Source: the human T2T-CHM13v2.0 reference genome, Homo sapiens
Length of the DNA stretch: 64,000 nucleotides
Assembly: GCF_009914755.1 (NCBI RefSeq)
Contig: NC_060933.1
Direction: 5' to 3' (one strand)
A program made the translations under genes and the position numbers. Numbering within the stretch: the first letter of the stretch is position 1; every line of letters begins with the position of its first letter. Below, in pieces: positions 1-13,795 of this stretch. The notes under the pieces were generated by a model. The model had not been told where the DNA came from. It saw only the letters and a list, made by a program, of their open reading frames with translations, and ran no database searches.

Positions 1-329
1 CCTGTGGGTGTGTATACCTGGATGTAGAGTTGCTGCAGTTCCCACTTATTGAAATCTGCTTTGCCTTCAAAGACAATGGGGACCTGAATGCTTAAGTGGC
101 ATGCCTGGGAACTTCAGCCACTGGCTGTTGTTCTTCCTCCAGAGCATTCTGTTTGCACCTGATTTTCTCCACATGTGGCCACTCTCCACCAGGCATTGAG
201 ATGCAGATAGATTCTAACCAACTTTGGCACAAAGTCTCAGTGGACTAAAGATTATTTAGGTCCACCTCATTAGACTTTTCCCCATAGGTTGGGAACTTCT
301 TCGTCTACCTTTCCATTTTCAGATTTGGC

Positions 330-755
330 ACTGCTACACCAAGCTCCTTGCAACTTTCTGATTGTGCAATTTCATGAATTCCTGTCCTGTGCCCTGGTGC
401 CTTTGCACATGCTGTTCCCTTTGTCTGAAATTCCCCTGGGAAGTCCTGTTCATTTCTTTAAGACTCAGCTCAAATATTTCCTCCTTCTGGAAGCCTATGT
501 GACCTTTTAAGTGAGTTTATTACCCCCCTCCTTTGGATGCCAGGCTACTTCTACTATAGCAGACATTACCCTGAATGAAATTTATTGATTTACATGATGC
601 CTCTATTAGGTGATGATGGTTTCGGAAGCAGGGACTTTGTTTATTCATATAGAGATAGATATTATAGGTATAGATACAGACATATGTCCACAGCCTGGAC
701 CTAGCTCAGTGCCAGGCACATTGTATATGCACAATAAATCCTTTTTGGATGAGAG
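330..755 (+). mobile_element. L2 LINE 3' fragment
   Basis: L2-type motifs gcctttgcacatgctgttccc, aagactcagctcaaat and 3' end gtgccaggcaca...caataaat. Confidence 0.7.
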
Positions 756-879
756 GATCTAAACCTGAGGTCCTTAATCCTGGCTCAAAATTAGATTTAC
801 CTGGGAGATTATGTCTAACGCATCTCAATAACAGGTTCCTACCCTAAACTAAATTAATTAGAGTCTCTGGATCGCTATG

Positions 880-1052
880 TAACTTGCATTTGAATCACCT
901 TAGAGGGCTCATTAAACACAAATGGCTGACCTCCACCCCCAGAGTTTCTAATTCAGTTGGTCTGAAGTGGGCCCTAGAATTTCCATTTCTAACAAGTTCC
1001 GAGGTGATGTGGATGATGGGGGGATCTGAGGACCACACTTTGAGAACCACTA
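880..1052 (-). mobile_element. MER5A (hAT-Charlie MITE)
   Basis: gaatcacc...cccccagagtttctaattcag...catttctaacaagttcc...gaccacactttgagaaccact matches recalled MER5A consensus; further MER5-like pieces at ~770-870 and ~1188-1300. Confidence 0.8.
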
Positions 1053-1309
1053 TCTAGGCCCAGGACTTCCCTACTTATCCATTTCAATCAGCTTGAACCA
1101 GCTGAGACGCTCTTGCATATCCTGAAGTGGTCTAAGTGCTGTGAATTTGAGTCAGGGTTCCCTGCTTGCCCTAAAAAGGCTTCAAAGCAGCTTCCCAAAT
1201 TTCAATGTGCATAAAAATCACCTGGAATCTGTTAAATTACTGAACCTAATAAAGTAGGTCTGAGATTCTGCACTTGTAACAAGTTCTTAAGCAATGCCTA
1301 CATTCCAGA

Positions 1310-1550
1310 GCAGGAACTGGCAAACTTTTTCTGTAAAGGGTAAGATACTAAATATTGTCAGTTTTATTGGCCATAGAGTCTCTGTAGCAATTACTCAACT
1401 CTGCATTATAACCTGAAAGCAACCACAAACAATACAAAAGTGAATGGGCATTTTCATTCATAAATGAATGGGCATTTCAAAACTTTATTTACAACAACAG
1501 GTGGGAAAGACAGGATTTTGCTCATGGGTCATAGTTTGCTGAGTCTGCTT
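1310..1550 (-). mobile_element. MER58A (hAT-Charlie)
   Basis: ggcaaactttttctgtaaaggg...actcaactctgc...aaaactttatttaca...catagtttgctga. Confidence 0.8.
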
Positions 1551-2339
1551 CTAGAGACTTGAAAAAGCAAAACGTATTGCATTGGCCAAGACAAAAGTGA
1601 GGTTCAGGTGGCTGGAGAGGAGGCAAGAAATGAGTTGGGTTTGGGGTTAAAAAGTGACTTAAGCTCTGAGTAGAGGAAGGAAAGGAGAGAGGACATTGTT
1701 GGCAGAGGGACAGAGGCCCAGAGGGGAGACTGAGAGCCTTCTAGCCACAATGGAATGACCAGAATGTGGGTAATTAGACTATATTAGCTTCAAAGTGACC
1801 CACTTAACTCTTTCCCCTTACACCTTCCCTGCACCAAATTAATAGACATTTATCAGAACAGCCTGTTTCAGGAAGTAAAAGATCAGGGGCCAAGCAGCAG
1901 GTATGTGTGTTGGGGAGAGGGGTCTCTGAATTATTTCTTTTGCCATTGTTGAGTTCCAGGGTCCAATAGTAGAAGCAGCATCAGTGAAGAGTCCTGAGAC
2001 TTTGGACTCACTATTATGTGTTCAGCATTGTTCTAGTGCCTTAGATTGTTACATTTAATACTACCAACTCTGTGTGGTATGTACTATTAGCCCCATATTA
2101 GAGAAGCCAAGGTGATAATGCTTATCTAACCCACATGTACCACAAAAACGATTCTCTAAGGAAAAGAAGTATTCTGTTACCAGAAGAAAAATACAATACA
2201 CATTCATTCAACTCCATTGCCCAACGTATGTACATACAATTTCCAAAATGCCCCCACCTAACATGGTACAAATATTCCATTTAAAACTGAAAACACACTC
2301 ATACATATTCTAAAGGGAAGTCTAGATAAGTAATAAAAA

Positions 2340-2590
2340 TAACTAGCATTTATTAAGCTCTTAATTTATGCCAGTCACTACAATTTCTTTACACGTATTG
2401 ACTTATTTAAGCCTCACAAAATTATTAAAAAAAAAGATATTACTGTTTTATCCCAGGTTTACATATGAAGAAACAGAGGCACAATGGAGTGTTATTAGTT
2501 GCCAAAAGTTATGCAAGTAAGTAGTAGACTTGGGATACCAACATAAGCAATCTTATTCCAGAGCCAGTGCTCATAATTTCTACACAAACT
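2340..2590 (-). mobile_element. MIR SINE
   Basis: aactagcatttattaagc...tttacatatgaagaaacagaggcac...ccagagccagtgctc; another MIR piece at ~2005-2130. Confidence 0.7.
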
Positions 2591-3794
2591 TAACTAGTTG
2601 ACTGCCTCTCTCTTCTAAGACAGGATTTCTGCAATGAAAATTCTATTCTGGTGTGGGTGAAGTTTCGTGTGTCTAGAAAATCATGGTAAATGACATATTC
2701 ACTCACTCCTCCCCAAAATATATGATACACGATGAGAAAGAAAAAGATAACTACCATTAAAAACTTTCTTGGACAAAGAGAAGAGAAACAATATATTGTA
2801 ATCATCAACTGTATAGCATCTACCATGAGGATAAGTGGATGGTAGGTAGGAACAACCAGGGCATCTCTGCCCTGTGATGAAAGGTATTCCTTGGTCAACC
2901 TGTCTGGCTTCCCCTCATTCTGCTCTGGCAGGAAATCCTTTGTCTATTCATCCTGTGGCCATAACTAAGCGTGACAATAAGACGTTTCCCTTCCCATGGC
3001 TACTTGCTTTCTCTCAGTGAGTTCATGAGCCTGGGACTGCCCCAGTTGTTGACCAGTTTGTTGCAGATTATCATTTGTCAGGTTTTGTTTTTCAGGCATT
3101 ACAACCTTCTTAAATCTTAATAAACACTTGATTGATTTGCATTCAGTCAAATCCAGTCAGAAAGATGGGTCCTTGAATCTCAACCACCATCTGGAAGTTT
3201 CTGTTCCTTGGCAGCAGGCCTTCCTGTTGTGTCCACCGTACTAATGATGCACTAAGGCAGGGAGGCAAGACTGAAATTTCTTTTGCTTCTCGTTGCATCC
3301 CAGAGAAGGGCTTTTTATGCTACGGAAGAAAGATGATGTTCGGAGGGGTTGGATATCATGCTACCTCAAGGTTCCAGTCTCTTCTCTTTGTATTTAGCCT
3401 CCCTTCATTTCATTTATGTTAAATTTATCCTGGGATAGAGAATTTAGCTTTTCCAACTCACAGGGCTCCTCTCAGCCATTCTGGACTGCTGACTGATACA
3501 GGGTGGGCTTCTCTGAGAGAAGTTCTCTCTTCTTCCCATTGCTTCCTTCTTCCTTACAGGGCATTACTGAAGGCCATAAGGAATAGACAATTCTCTCCAA
3601 TATAATTATATTTTCTATCTCTAGAACATGGTTTGAGCCTTAATAATATTACATAAAACAGTTCAATCCAGCCGACTTCCCAGCCAAGAACAGAGAAATT
3701 CTTGGTGCTCTGCAACCTACTGTGACTCAGCCAGTTCTACATTTTAGGATGTCACTTACAAAACCTCACTTCCAAGAGCCAATGTTATTGTTAT

Positions 3795-4670
3795 TTAGGT
3801 CTCATTTCATTGTAAGTGAAAGAAATCCATCTTAAAATGGCTTAAGAAGAAAAGGGAATGTATTGGCTCATGTGAATGGGAAATCCAGGGCTTCTGCTGG
3901 CTTTAGATGTGGCCATTTCTAAAGCCTGAAATTATGCCATCAGTCTACTCTTGCTCCCTCAAAATCTCAGCTCTGATTTCCTTTGTATTGATTTTATTCT
4001 CTGTCAGTAGTTCCAGGTTTATATTTAACCAGAAGAAATAAAGCATCACTTTTTGAATACAGTTACGTATTACATAAGAATATTGCAAACAACAATGGAC
4101 CACATATATGGTGGTGGTCCTATAAGATTATACTATATTTTTACTGTACTTTTTCTATGTTTAGATACACAAATACTTACCATTGTGTTACAATTGCCTA
4201 CAGTGTTTTGTACAGTGACATGCTGTACATATTTGTAGCCTAGAATAAACAGGCTATACTATACAGCCTAGGTGTGTAGTAGGCTATCCCATCTAGGTTT
4301 GTGTGAGTACACTGTATGACGTTCACACAATGATGAAATCTCCTAAGGACACATTTCTCAGAGTGTATTCTCAATGAGCCCCATTGAGAAGTGATGTATG
4401 ACTCTAATTCCAGTCAAAAACTCATTGCTGATAATCATTTACCCAACTGGAGCCACATGACCATTCCTAAACCAATCACTGTGGATAGAGAGGACACAAC
4501 ACAATGATTGGTCGTGCCTGGCCAAGTGCCCAAACTCAAAGCCAAGAACTGGAAATTAGCCCAAGCTAAAACACACAGTCTGAAAATAGGAAGAATATTT
4601 TCTCAAGAGAAAAGAGTGGTTCTGTTAGCAGAAGAGATGCTGGACAGGCAAACAACAGGAGTCCACTTTA
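3795..4670 (-). mobile_element. MaLR LTR (MLT1J/K-like), split by Tigger3a
   Basis: ttgtaagtgaaagaaatcc...aaatggcttaag...gggaatgtattggctcatgt on the left and cacatgaccattcctaaaccaatcactgtgg...gatgctggacaggcaaa on the right of the insertion. Confidence 0.55.
4060..4404 (+). mobile_element. Tigger3a (MER7A/Golem) non-autonomous DNA transposon
   Basis: ggaccacatatatggtggtggtcctataagattata...tagcctag...gtgtgtagtaggctat...catttctcagag; TA at both ends. Confidence 0.85.
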
Positions 4671-5255
4671 AGGACCATGACTATTTGTGCTGACTCTTGT
4701 TTCCCCAAGCCCAGCCCAATGCTCGTCACATAGAGAGAACTCTTAATACTTGTTGAATGGATGAATGAGTTCAGAGATTGTTTATATTCCAATTACTCTA
4801 CGGGGAAGCCTAGTGGAGGTTGAGCTCTTTAGGATCGTCCATGAGTTCAAGTGGATAGCCCAATTTTAATGACTCCTGGATTTGCCTCATTGGTGAAATA
4901 ATCCTCCTCTCTCCATAGGGACCCCTCTTCCCAACACTTCATCAGAAGGGAAATCTGGCAACTTACATGCTCCCTGAAATTTAAAAATACAACAAATTTA
5001 TCTGAAGCAACAAAATTGTATATTCATTCTTTCTTTCATTCATTCATTCCACCAACATTTACTGAGCACTTATTTTATACTAAGCATTGTGCTAGGTACA
5101 AACATATGAGCATGAAGGTCATAATCCCTTACCTTAAGAAGCTCAAGCCTAATAGGCCAACAAGTGATTTAAAAAAAACAAAACAAAACCCCACACACAA
5201 AAAAAACAAAACAAAATGGAGGAAGCTTATGAAGTAAAAGATTATGGGCTTTGCT

Positions 5256-5560
<305 letters not shown>

Positions 5561-5574
5561 GATTTGGGCTTTGC

Positions 5575-5760
5575 TGTTTGACCTTAGTTTGAAATTTGGC
5601 TTTACCTTCTAATTATCAATGAAACATTGGGAGTAATTAACCTCTTCAAGCCTCTTTTTTCTTATCAGCAAAATTAGTTATAATTGTATCACCAACTTCA
5701 GAGGGGTATCATGTGAATTAAATGATAATATATATGTACAGCATGTAACTAGAGCCTGAT
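5575..5760 (+). mobile_element. MIR (interrupted by the Alu)
   Basis: ttgggagtaattaacctctt...aaaattag...gaattaaatgataatatatatgta. Confidence 0.6.
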
Positions 5761-7256
5761 AGAAGTGGTAGCTCTTCTATTTGAAGCTGTGGAAGATTAG
5801 AGGAAAGATCAACTAACTCACCCTGTAGAAGTCAAAGAAAATTTGATGAAAGACATGAGATTTGAGCTAGTTCTTAAGGATGAACAGGAGATCACAAAGT
5901 AGAGGATGATTGGGGTGGAGAGGAGCATTCTGACAGAGGAAATAGTTTATTCAAAGCTTTGAAAACCTGAAGAAAATTGGTACATTTAGAGAGCAGCAAA
6001 TACTTCCAGACGCCTGGTGTATTACTGGGATAGTGAGGGGAGTGGAAGGTGTGAAATGCCAGTATTCAGGGAAGGAATAAGGATTCTGGGATTTCTTTGT
6101 CCAGTGGGAGTAAAGGGCACCTGGCAATCTCTGCCCCAAAACCATAAATCATTGGTGTTCCAGGTAAGTTGGTGTCAGAACAGCCATTATTTCTTCTATA
6201 CACACATTAAGATGGTACCTTTCAAATAGATGGAGAAGTTGAGGGTCCATTTATAGTTCCTTCTAAATGACTTGCAATAAATCACAATATTTATTATTCA
6301 GAGTCTGCTTTGAATGAAGCAGGGATTGTGAGTTGGGGTGGGGGAGGGGTGTGGCTTTACTCCTGGGGAAAAGGCTGGGGGATTTAATGAGATAATATTC
6401 ATAAGGTGCCTTGAACTCCCCAAGGCGATATGCTACAGCTACCACTTAGGGACCCTGCAAGATCTGGGGAGATAATGTTTCTAAGTGAAGATGCCAGACT
6501 GCAGGAATGCTAGACAGAACAGAGGGGGGTGGAGGGGGAAGACTTGGTCCTTAAGTAATTTCTCTCATCAGCATCACAGCTAGAACAATCCATTACAGCA
6601 AGCACAGAGAAATGCCAGTTAGGAGGCTTGGGTCCAGATGCTCAGGCCCATGTGGCATCCTTCACTGGAGAAACACCCACTAGTTTCTACCCTGGGCCAC
6701 ACGCCACTCACACATTAAACAGACTACCAGGGGCTCTGGAGCCTTGCTCACAGCCTTGGTCCTGAACCTTTCTCTCTTACCTATCTTGTATTCCACTTCT
6801 CATTCTAATTCTGGTGGTCAGTTATGGCAGAAAAAAAGACAGCTAGGATCCAGGATTCCAAATTCCTGACTAGCTGCTTACTGATGTCACAGGTCCCTCA
6901 TGAGTGCATAGTACAAAAAGAACATAAACACTTTGTCGACCGCTAGGATGGGGGACGGCTAGATTGTGGGAGGGGAGGTCATTATTAGCTCCTCTCACCC
7001 CGCTGAGTCCCTCCTTTTCTCTGGATCATTCTCTTATTCTTACCTGGCATTACACATAGAGACAGTGATAGCCCCAGTTCCATGAATGGACCATTCTTGA
7101 AAGAATAAAACATTTTTTAAAAAATCCATAAAGAAGAGAGAACTTCAGATCTCTTTGTTGCCTCACCCAAAGCTTGCTGCCTTCACTGTGGCCCAGTTCT
7201 TGGTCCCTGATGACTCTATTTGAATATGATCCATTTTAGAATTCCTTCTCCTTACA

Positions 7257-7710
7257 CATCGTATTTGTTAGATGAAACTAACTGCTGTAACAAATCCTAA
7301 AATTTCAGTGGCTTAACTCTGTTAAAAGCTTGCTTTTTATTTGTGGTCAATGTGTATGTTTTTCTTCAGTCTAGGGGAGCCAGTCCACAGGGGCAGGGAG
7401 AGACAGGCTTATGTTCCATTTAGGGATTCAAGGTGACAGAGTTTTCCATCTGCATCAAGTGGCTTTCAGGGTCACCCTGGTGTTAGCATCCAATTTGCAA
7501 AAGAAGAAGAGCATGAAGGATTAGATGTGGGAGATATTGGTGGGCCAGGCCTCAGAGGGACACACCTCACCACCACTCATAATCCATCAGCTAGATTGCC
7601 ATAATATGATCCCACTTAACAGCGAGGAAGGCAGGAAATGTAGTCTTACTGCATGATCAGAGCAGGAGTGAATGGAGGATTTGATTAACAGCTGGCTAGC
7701 TTGCCATGAT
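7257..7710 (-). mobile_element. MaLR LTR (MLT1J-like)
   Basis: ctaactgctgtaacaaatcc...cagtggcttaac...cccacttaacagcgaggaaggcaggaaatgtagtct. Confidence 0.55.
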
Positions 7711-8332
7711 ATGGATCTGCAAGGTCCAAATTGTAAAATATTACGTGAGAATTTGGCTTTAAGGATATAGGATCAGGATGTTGAAAAGAGTATGGCAGCA
7801 CTTGCAGATCCCAGTCAAATCAATGGAAAGCCATTGAAGACATGGTGGGGAAGATTAGATATTTGCTTCAGTTTGAGAAATGCTGCTTGCAGGAGCATCA
7901 TGAATTGGGCAGAGGGCTGGGGCCTCAGAGGCCCAGGGCAATAGGGAGATACCACATGTTGATAGTTCTGGGTAGAAGTGGCCATCAAAAAGACTAGACA
8001 GTGGGACAAGCTTAGGGATATATAAAGCGGTTGGTTGAAAACCTCATCTTTGCAGATTTTAAGTCTTTAAGAAAGATGACAGGCATGTGGAAGGAGGAGA
8101 AGTCTGTGAATAGGTTACAAAAATCCTTCATGACTGAAAGTGGCACAGAGGTTGATAAATAATATCACTGGAGTTAGGAAAAGAGCAATGGGACTGCCTT
8201 AAAGGAGATGCATAAGGAAAGAGTCATACAGTATTCTGGACAGGGGAGCAGAAAGGTAGGAGGATTCCCAGCTCCATGGTGTGGTCTCGAGGTGGAAGGT
8301 ATGAGAGCAGGAGCAGCCTTTGCTTGAGAGGG

Positions 8333-8691
8333 CTTAGTTGGCTCTGGCTGCCAGGACACAGCACCATAGACTGGTTTATAAACAACAGAAATTGACTTCT
8401 CCACAGTTCTGGAGTCTGGGAAGTATATCATCAGGGTACCAGTATGGTCACGTTCTTCTGAGAGCCCTCTTCTGGGTTGCAGAATGTCAACTTCCTGTTG
8501 TATCCTCACATGGAGGAAAGACAGCTAACTAACTCTCGGGACTCTTCTTAAAAGGACACCAATCCTATTAATGAGAGTGCCACCATCATGACCTAATCAC
8601 TTCCCAAAGGACCCACCTGCAAATACCATCACATTGGAATTTAGGGTTTCAACGTATGAATGTGAGGGACACAAACATTCAGTCCATTGCA
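8333..8691 (-). mobile_element. MLT1A/MLT1A0 solo LTR (MaLR)
   Basis: accatagactgg...aaacaacagaaatt...catgacctaatcacttcccaaagg...gacacaaacattcagtccattgca. Confidence 0.85.
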
Positions 8692-10234
8692 GCCGTAAAA
8701 GATACAGTGGGCTCAGATACAGCCAGGTCTCAGTCCAGATGAAGCAGTGCAGAGGGCATACCAGGAGGCCTTTGAGGGTAGGCAGGCATCTTATAGAGGC
8801 TCAATGCAGAGGAGATCCCAAGAGGAGAATGGCTTGGGAATGGGCCAGGGCTGACCTAGGTGGGACTTTGAGAAAACGGGAGAGAAGAGCTGACCAGATG
8901 GACCTCGGACTGAGGAAGACAACAAGCCCCATTATGACTACTGCATTTCACTGTATGTGAATTATACCCCAATTTAAAAAAAATGAAATAAAACTCATGA
9001 GGGCAACTTTTTAAAAAATGATGTAAATTACATAGAAATATATCAACCATTTCCCCCAAATGAAGAAGTTTGGGTTTTATACACATTTTTAAGAGGTTTA
9101 AAGTATGAAGAAGACCAAATAACTTTTTAAAATCTAAATATAATGGCTAATAGGTGAACAATAATGAATATTTAAGAAAGACCTCAAACAAAGAAACGAA
9201 TTATTCTGCTGCTGTCTTCCTCAAGCACATGAAGTTTCTCTGAGCTGGTGAATGTTTCAATTCAGGTTGGTAATGCCTGACAGAGAAGTAGAAAGTTAGT
9301 TTCCTTCAGAAGGAAAAAGAATGGATTCCACTTTAAAGATTAAATTTTGATCTGGGAGCTATAACAGCACTGTCAAATAATTATTATTGTTATTTTTACA
9401 AATCTATTTCACTTTAAAACAAGTTGGGAAATTTCTGACTTAGTTTAAATGAGACCTCTATTCTCCCAGGCCTGATCTGCCACCTGAGGCAGGATCTCCT
9501 GCTGAAAAAGTGCTGTGCTGAGGCATTAAAATGGCAGCTCCCACTGAGAGAAATAACGGAGCCAGAATCTTGCAGCAGAGATGCTGAACAGTAGGGGAGG
9601 AAGCGAGGAAGGGAAGCTAATTTTTCCAGGCAGATCTGAATGCTTCTTTCTCATAGGCCCTCTTAGTCAATATTTATCTAGCTATTCAAAGAATTATAAC
9701 CAATTGTTGATCTCTTTTTCCTTTTCTTTAAATGTATTTCTTTGCCTCTTTGTAGTACACTGAACTTGGGGGAACAGAATGAAGTTCTAGCTTCTTCATT
9801 CCAAGCCTTACGATATCAGAAGAAAACTTGTGGCTGAGATTTGACCAAACTGTGAGGCCCAGACAATTGGTGCAAGCCCTGTGGAAAACAAAGCTTATGC
9901 TCCCAGCTTCCAGGTGTTGATTTATAGAGTTAAGCTTCTTTAAGTATATTTTCCTAGAGTCTTTTGTTTTTATTTTTGCCATGGCACCATTTGGAGGGGG
10001 CTTTACTGGCCAGTCCTTCTGACTTTCTGCTTTCTCTGACTTTAGACATTAGAATAGTTTTCCTGGGAGAAGAAATCTTCTTTGCTATTTTAAAGTACAG
10101 TGGGATACACAGAAAATGTAAAGTAAAAGGTCCCAACTTGCATTTCTGTAACTGTTGAGTAAGAAGTGTAAAGGAGCCCAGGTTTCGCTGGCCTTCCACC
10201 TTGGCTTTTTGATGGGGAGCCTGAGCCAAGTCCA

Positions 10235-10660
10235 TAGAGGTCTAGAAGCCAGGGGAGAAGTCAGAGATGAAGTCTAAGGGGAAATGCCTGAATTTGTGTG
10301 CAGATGTTTTCTTGAGAATGCCTTAAGGAATACCAGTGAGGAAGTGAAGAAAGCAGAACTGGGTGGAGTTGAAGGGGAAGTTGAACTGAGATGCAGTTCC
10401 AACAGATCCCAGGAGAGCTCTGAGGCTGAAATGACTCTCAGAGATCTCCAAAATTGAGATGAGAGGGCTGGGACTTTGTATCCCCACAATAACTAGTGGT
10501 TGAATAGAGGCTGTCCCCCACGGAGGGGCTACCTTGGGAAAGGCAGCTCCCTTCAGCTAAGGACGATTTCTGTAGATAGTCAGCAGGCAATGCTCCCAGC
10601 AGCTGGGAAGTGAATGCCTCAGCTCTGATGGGGGGAATGTGAGTGGTACATCACACACTC
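10235..10660. mobile_element. ERVL-class LTR (LTR33-like)
   Basis: ggggaagttgaactgagatgcagt...gagagctctgaggctg...ggactttgtatcccc...ctcccagcagctggg resembles recalled LTR33 consensus. Confidence 0.5.
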
Positions 10661-10746
10661 ATTATGGGGCCACTCTTTATACATGTATACAATTTACTGC
10701 TGAAGCCTTTTTTGGACTCTAAAATGTGACTCTTCTCTGTCACTTA

Positions 10747-11092
10747 TGTCTCAGTCTGTTTTGTGTTGCTGTAACAATACCACGGATTGGGTAATTTATA
10801 AAGAAAAGAAATTCTCACAGTGCTGAAGGCTGAGAAGTCCAAGATCAAGGTGCCAGCATCTGGTGCAGGCCTTCTTGTTAACAGCATCCACGGTAGAAGG
10901 TGGAAGAGAGGGCAGGAAAGCCAGAGATTGAACTCCTAGCATAAAGTCCTTTAATAATTGACATTAATCTATTCATGAGGATGGAGGCCTCATGACCTAA
11001 ACACCTCCCATTAGGCTCCACCCTTCAACACTGTTTCATTGGGGATTAAGTTCCCAACACATGCTTTTGGGAGGATGCATTCAAACCATCAC
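10747..11092 (-). mobile_element. MST-family solo LTR (MaLR; MSTC/D-like)
   Basis: tgtctcagtctgttttgtgttgctgtaac...gagaagtccaagatcaaggtgccagcatctgg...cattcaaaccatcaca. Confidence 0.8.
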
Positions 11093-11387
11093 AATTTGCT
11101 TCTGGATTTACACTTGCATGACAATTCTACATCTGTCATCTGGTTTCATAAATCCTAATAGAATTCTAGATGGGAAGGTAACATGATCTAATCCAACACC
11201 CTCATGTTACAAATGGAGAAACTGAGGCTATGAGAGCAGGAATAAGTTACTTTTGGTGTCAGACTCAGGATTGGAATCACCTCTTTTGACTTCCAAACTC
11301 CCATGCTCTTTCCATTACCAATGTATGCTGCCTCCATTTCATTGTTATGGTGGCCCTGAAAAATACGAAGGAAAAGTATATTTTCTT

Positions 11388-13757
11388 TATACCTGGGAGA
11401 TATTGTGGGTTTGATTCCAGATAATTGAAATAAAGCAAATATCACAATAAAATGAATTATATAATTTTTTTAGTTTCCCAAAGCATGTAAAAGTTATGTT
11501 TATACTATACTGTTTGTCTCTTAAATCTGCAATAGCATTATGTCTAAAAAAAAGTACATGCCTTAATTTAAAAAATACTTCATTGCTAAAAAAATGCCAA
11601 CTATAATATCATCTGAGCCTTCATGGAGTCATAATCATTTTGCTGGTGGAGTATCTTGCCTCAGTATGAACGGTTGCTGACTGATTAGGGTGCTGGTTGA
11701 TGGAAATTGGGGTGACTATGGCAATTTATTCAAATAAGACAACAATGAAGTTTGTTGCATCATTTGACTCTTCCTTTCAGGAAAGAGTTCCCTGCAGCAT
11801 GCAATGCCATTTGACAGCGTTTTACCCACAGTAGGACTTCCTAACTTCCTTCAAAATTGCAGTCAATTCTCTCAACCCCTGCCACTGTTTTATCAACTAA
11901 GTTTATTTAATATTCTAAATATTTTGTTGGCATTTCAACAATATTCATAGCATCTTCACCAGGAGTAGATTCCATCTCAAGAAACTGCTTTCTTCACACC
12001 TCCATAAAAAGCAACTCCTCATCTGTTCAAGTTTTATAATGAAATTTTATCATGAGATTCAGTCACATCTTCAGGCTGCACTTCAAATTGTAGTTCTCTT
12101 GCTATTTTCACCACATCTGCAGTTACTTCCTCCAATAAAATCTTGAACCCCTCAAAGTGATTCAGGAAGATTGGGATTAACTTTTCCGTCAGACAAATCA
12201 CCATCTATGGCAGCTATAACATTATGATATATTTATTAAACAATAAGACTAAAAAATCAAAATTACTCCTTGATCCATGGGCTAAAGAATGGATATTGTG
12301 GTAACAGGCATGAAAACAAATATTGATCTCCTGTACATCTCCATCAGAGCTCTTGGTTGACCAGGTGCATTCTTACTGAGCTGTAATATTTTGAAAGGAA
12401 TCTTTTTCTGAGCAGTAGGTCTTAACAGTGGGCTTCAAATATTCAATAAGCCATGCTATAAATAGAATGCTATCATCCAGGCTTTGTCATTCCATTTATA
12501 CAGCACAAGCAGAGTAGATTTAGCATAATTGTTAAGGGTCCTTGGCTTTTCAGGATGGGAAATGAGCATTGGCTTCAACTTAAAGTCCCCAGCTGCATTA
12601 GTCCCTAACAAGAGAGTCAGCCTGTCCTTTGAAGTTTTGAAGCCAGGCATTGACTTCTTCTTTCTAGCTATTGAAAGTCCTAGATGGCACCTTCTATATA
12701 GATGTCCTAGATGGCACCCTCCAATAGAAGGCTGTTTTGTCTACATTGAAAATATGTTGTTTAATGGAGCCACCTTCATCAGTTTGTCTTAGCTGGATCT
12801 TCTGGGTAACTTGCTGCAGCTTCTACATCAGCACTTGCTGCTTCACCTTTTATGTTACGAAGACAGTGTCTTTTCTTTAACCTCTTGAGTCAAACTCTGC
12901 TAGTTTCATACTTTTCTTCTGCAGCTCCTCACCTTTCTCAGCTTTCATAGAATTGAAGAGAGTTTGGCCCTTGCTCTGAATTAGGCTTTGGCTTAAGGGA
13001 ATGTTGTAGCTGGTTTGATTTTATATCCCAACCATTAATGCTTTCTCAGTATCAGCAATAAGGCTGTTTTGCTTTCTTATTTGTGTGGTAACTAGTGTAG
13101 CACTTTTAATTTCCTTCGATAACTTTTTCATTGCATTCACAACTTGGCTAACTTTTTGTCACAAAAGGCCTGGCTTTCAATCTATCTCAGCTTTCAATGT
13201 GCCTTCCTCACTAAGCATAATTGATTCCTAGCTTTTGATTTAAAGTGAAGGATGTGCAACTTTTCCTTTCACTTGAACACTTAGATGCCATTGTAGGAGT
13301 ATTAATTGGCCTAATTTCAATATTGTTGTGTCTAAGGGAATAGGGAGGCAGGAGCGGGGAGAGAGAGAGAGAGATGGAAAAATAGCCAGTGGTAGAACAG
13401 TCAGAACACACACAACATTTATTGGTTAAGTTTGCCCTCTTACATGGGCACAACTTGTGGTGCCTCAAACCAATTACAATATCAAGGGTCACTGATCCCA
13501 GATCACCATAACAGATACAATAATAATAATGTAGTAGTCTAATGTAATAGTATAATAATGTAATAATAATAATGTGAAAGTTTGAAATATTGTAAGAATT
13601 ACTAAAATGTGACACAGAGACCCAAAGTGAACACACACTGTAGGAAAAAAGTCACCAATAGACTTGCTCAACCCAAGGTTGTCACAAACCTTCAACTTGT
13701 CAAAAACTCCAAATCTGAAAGCATGATGAAACAAAGCACAATAAAATGAGGTATGCC
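11388..13757 (-). mobile_element. Tigger1 (TcMar/pogo) near full-length, transposase inactivated
   Basis: 5' end rc aaaatgaggtatgcc at 13743-13757 and 3' end rc tatacctgggagatattgtggg at 11388; transposase fragments MASKCSSERKSCTSFTLNQKL (start ~13290) and [30 protein letters not shown] (12456-12650). Confidence 0.95.
12456..12650 (-). pseudogene. Decayed Tigger1 transposase DDE-domain fragment
   Basis: [19 protein letters not shown] motif typical of pogo/Tigger/CENP-B DDE domains; surrounding frame is broken. Confidence 0.9.
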
Positions 13758-13795
13758 AATATTTATATAAAAATGAAGTGATCTGGCAAAGCTCA

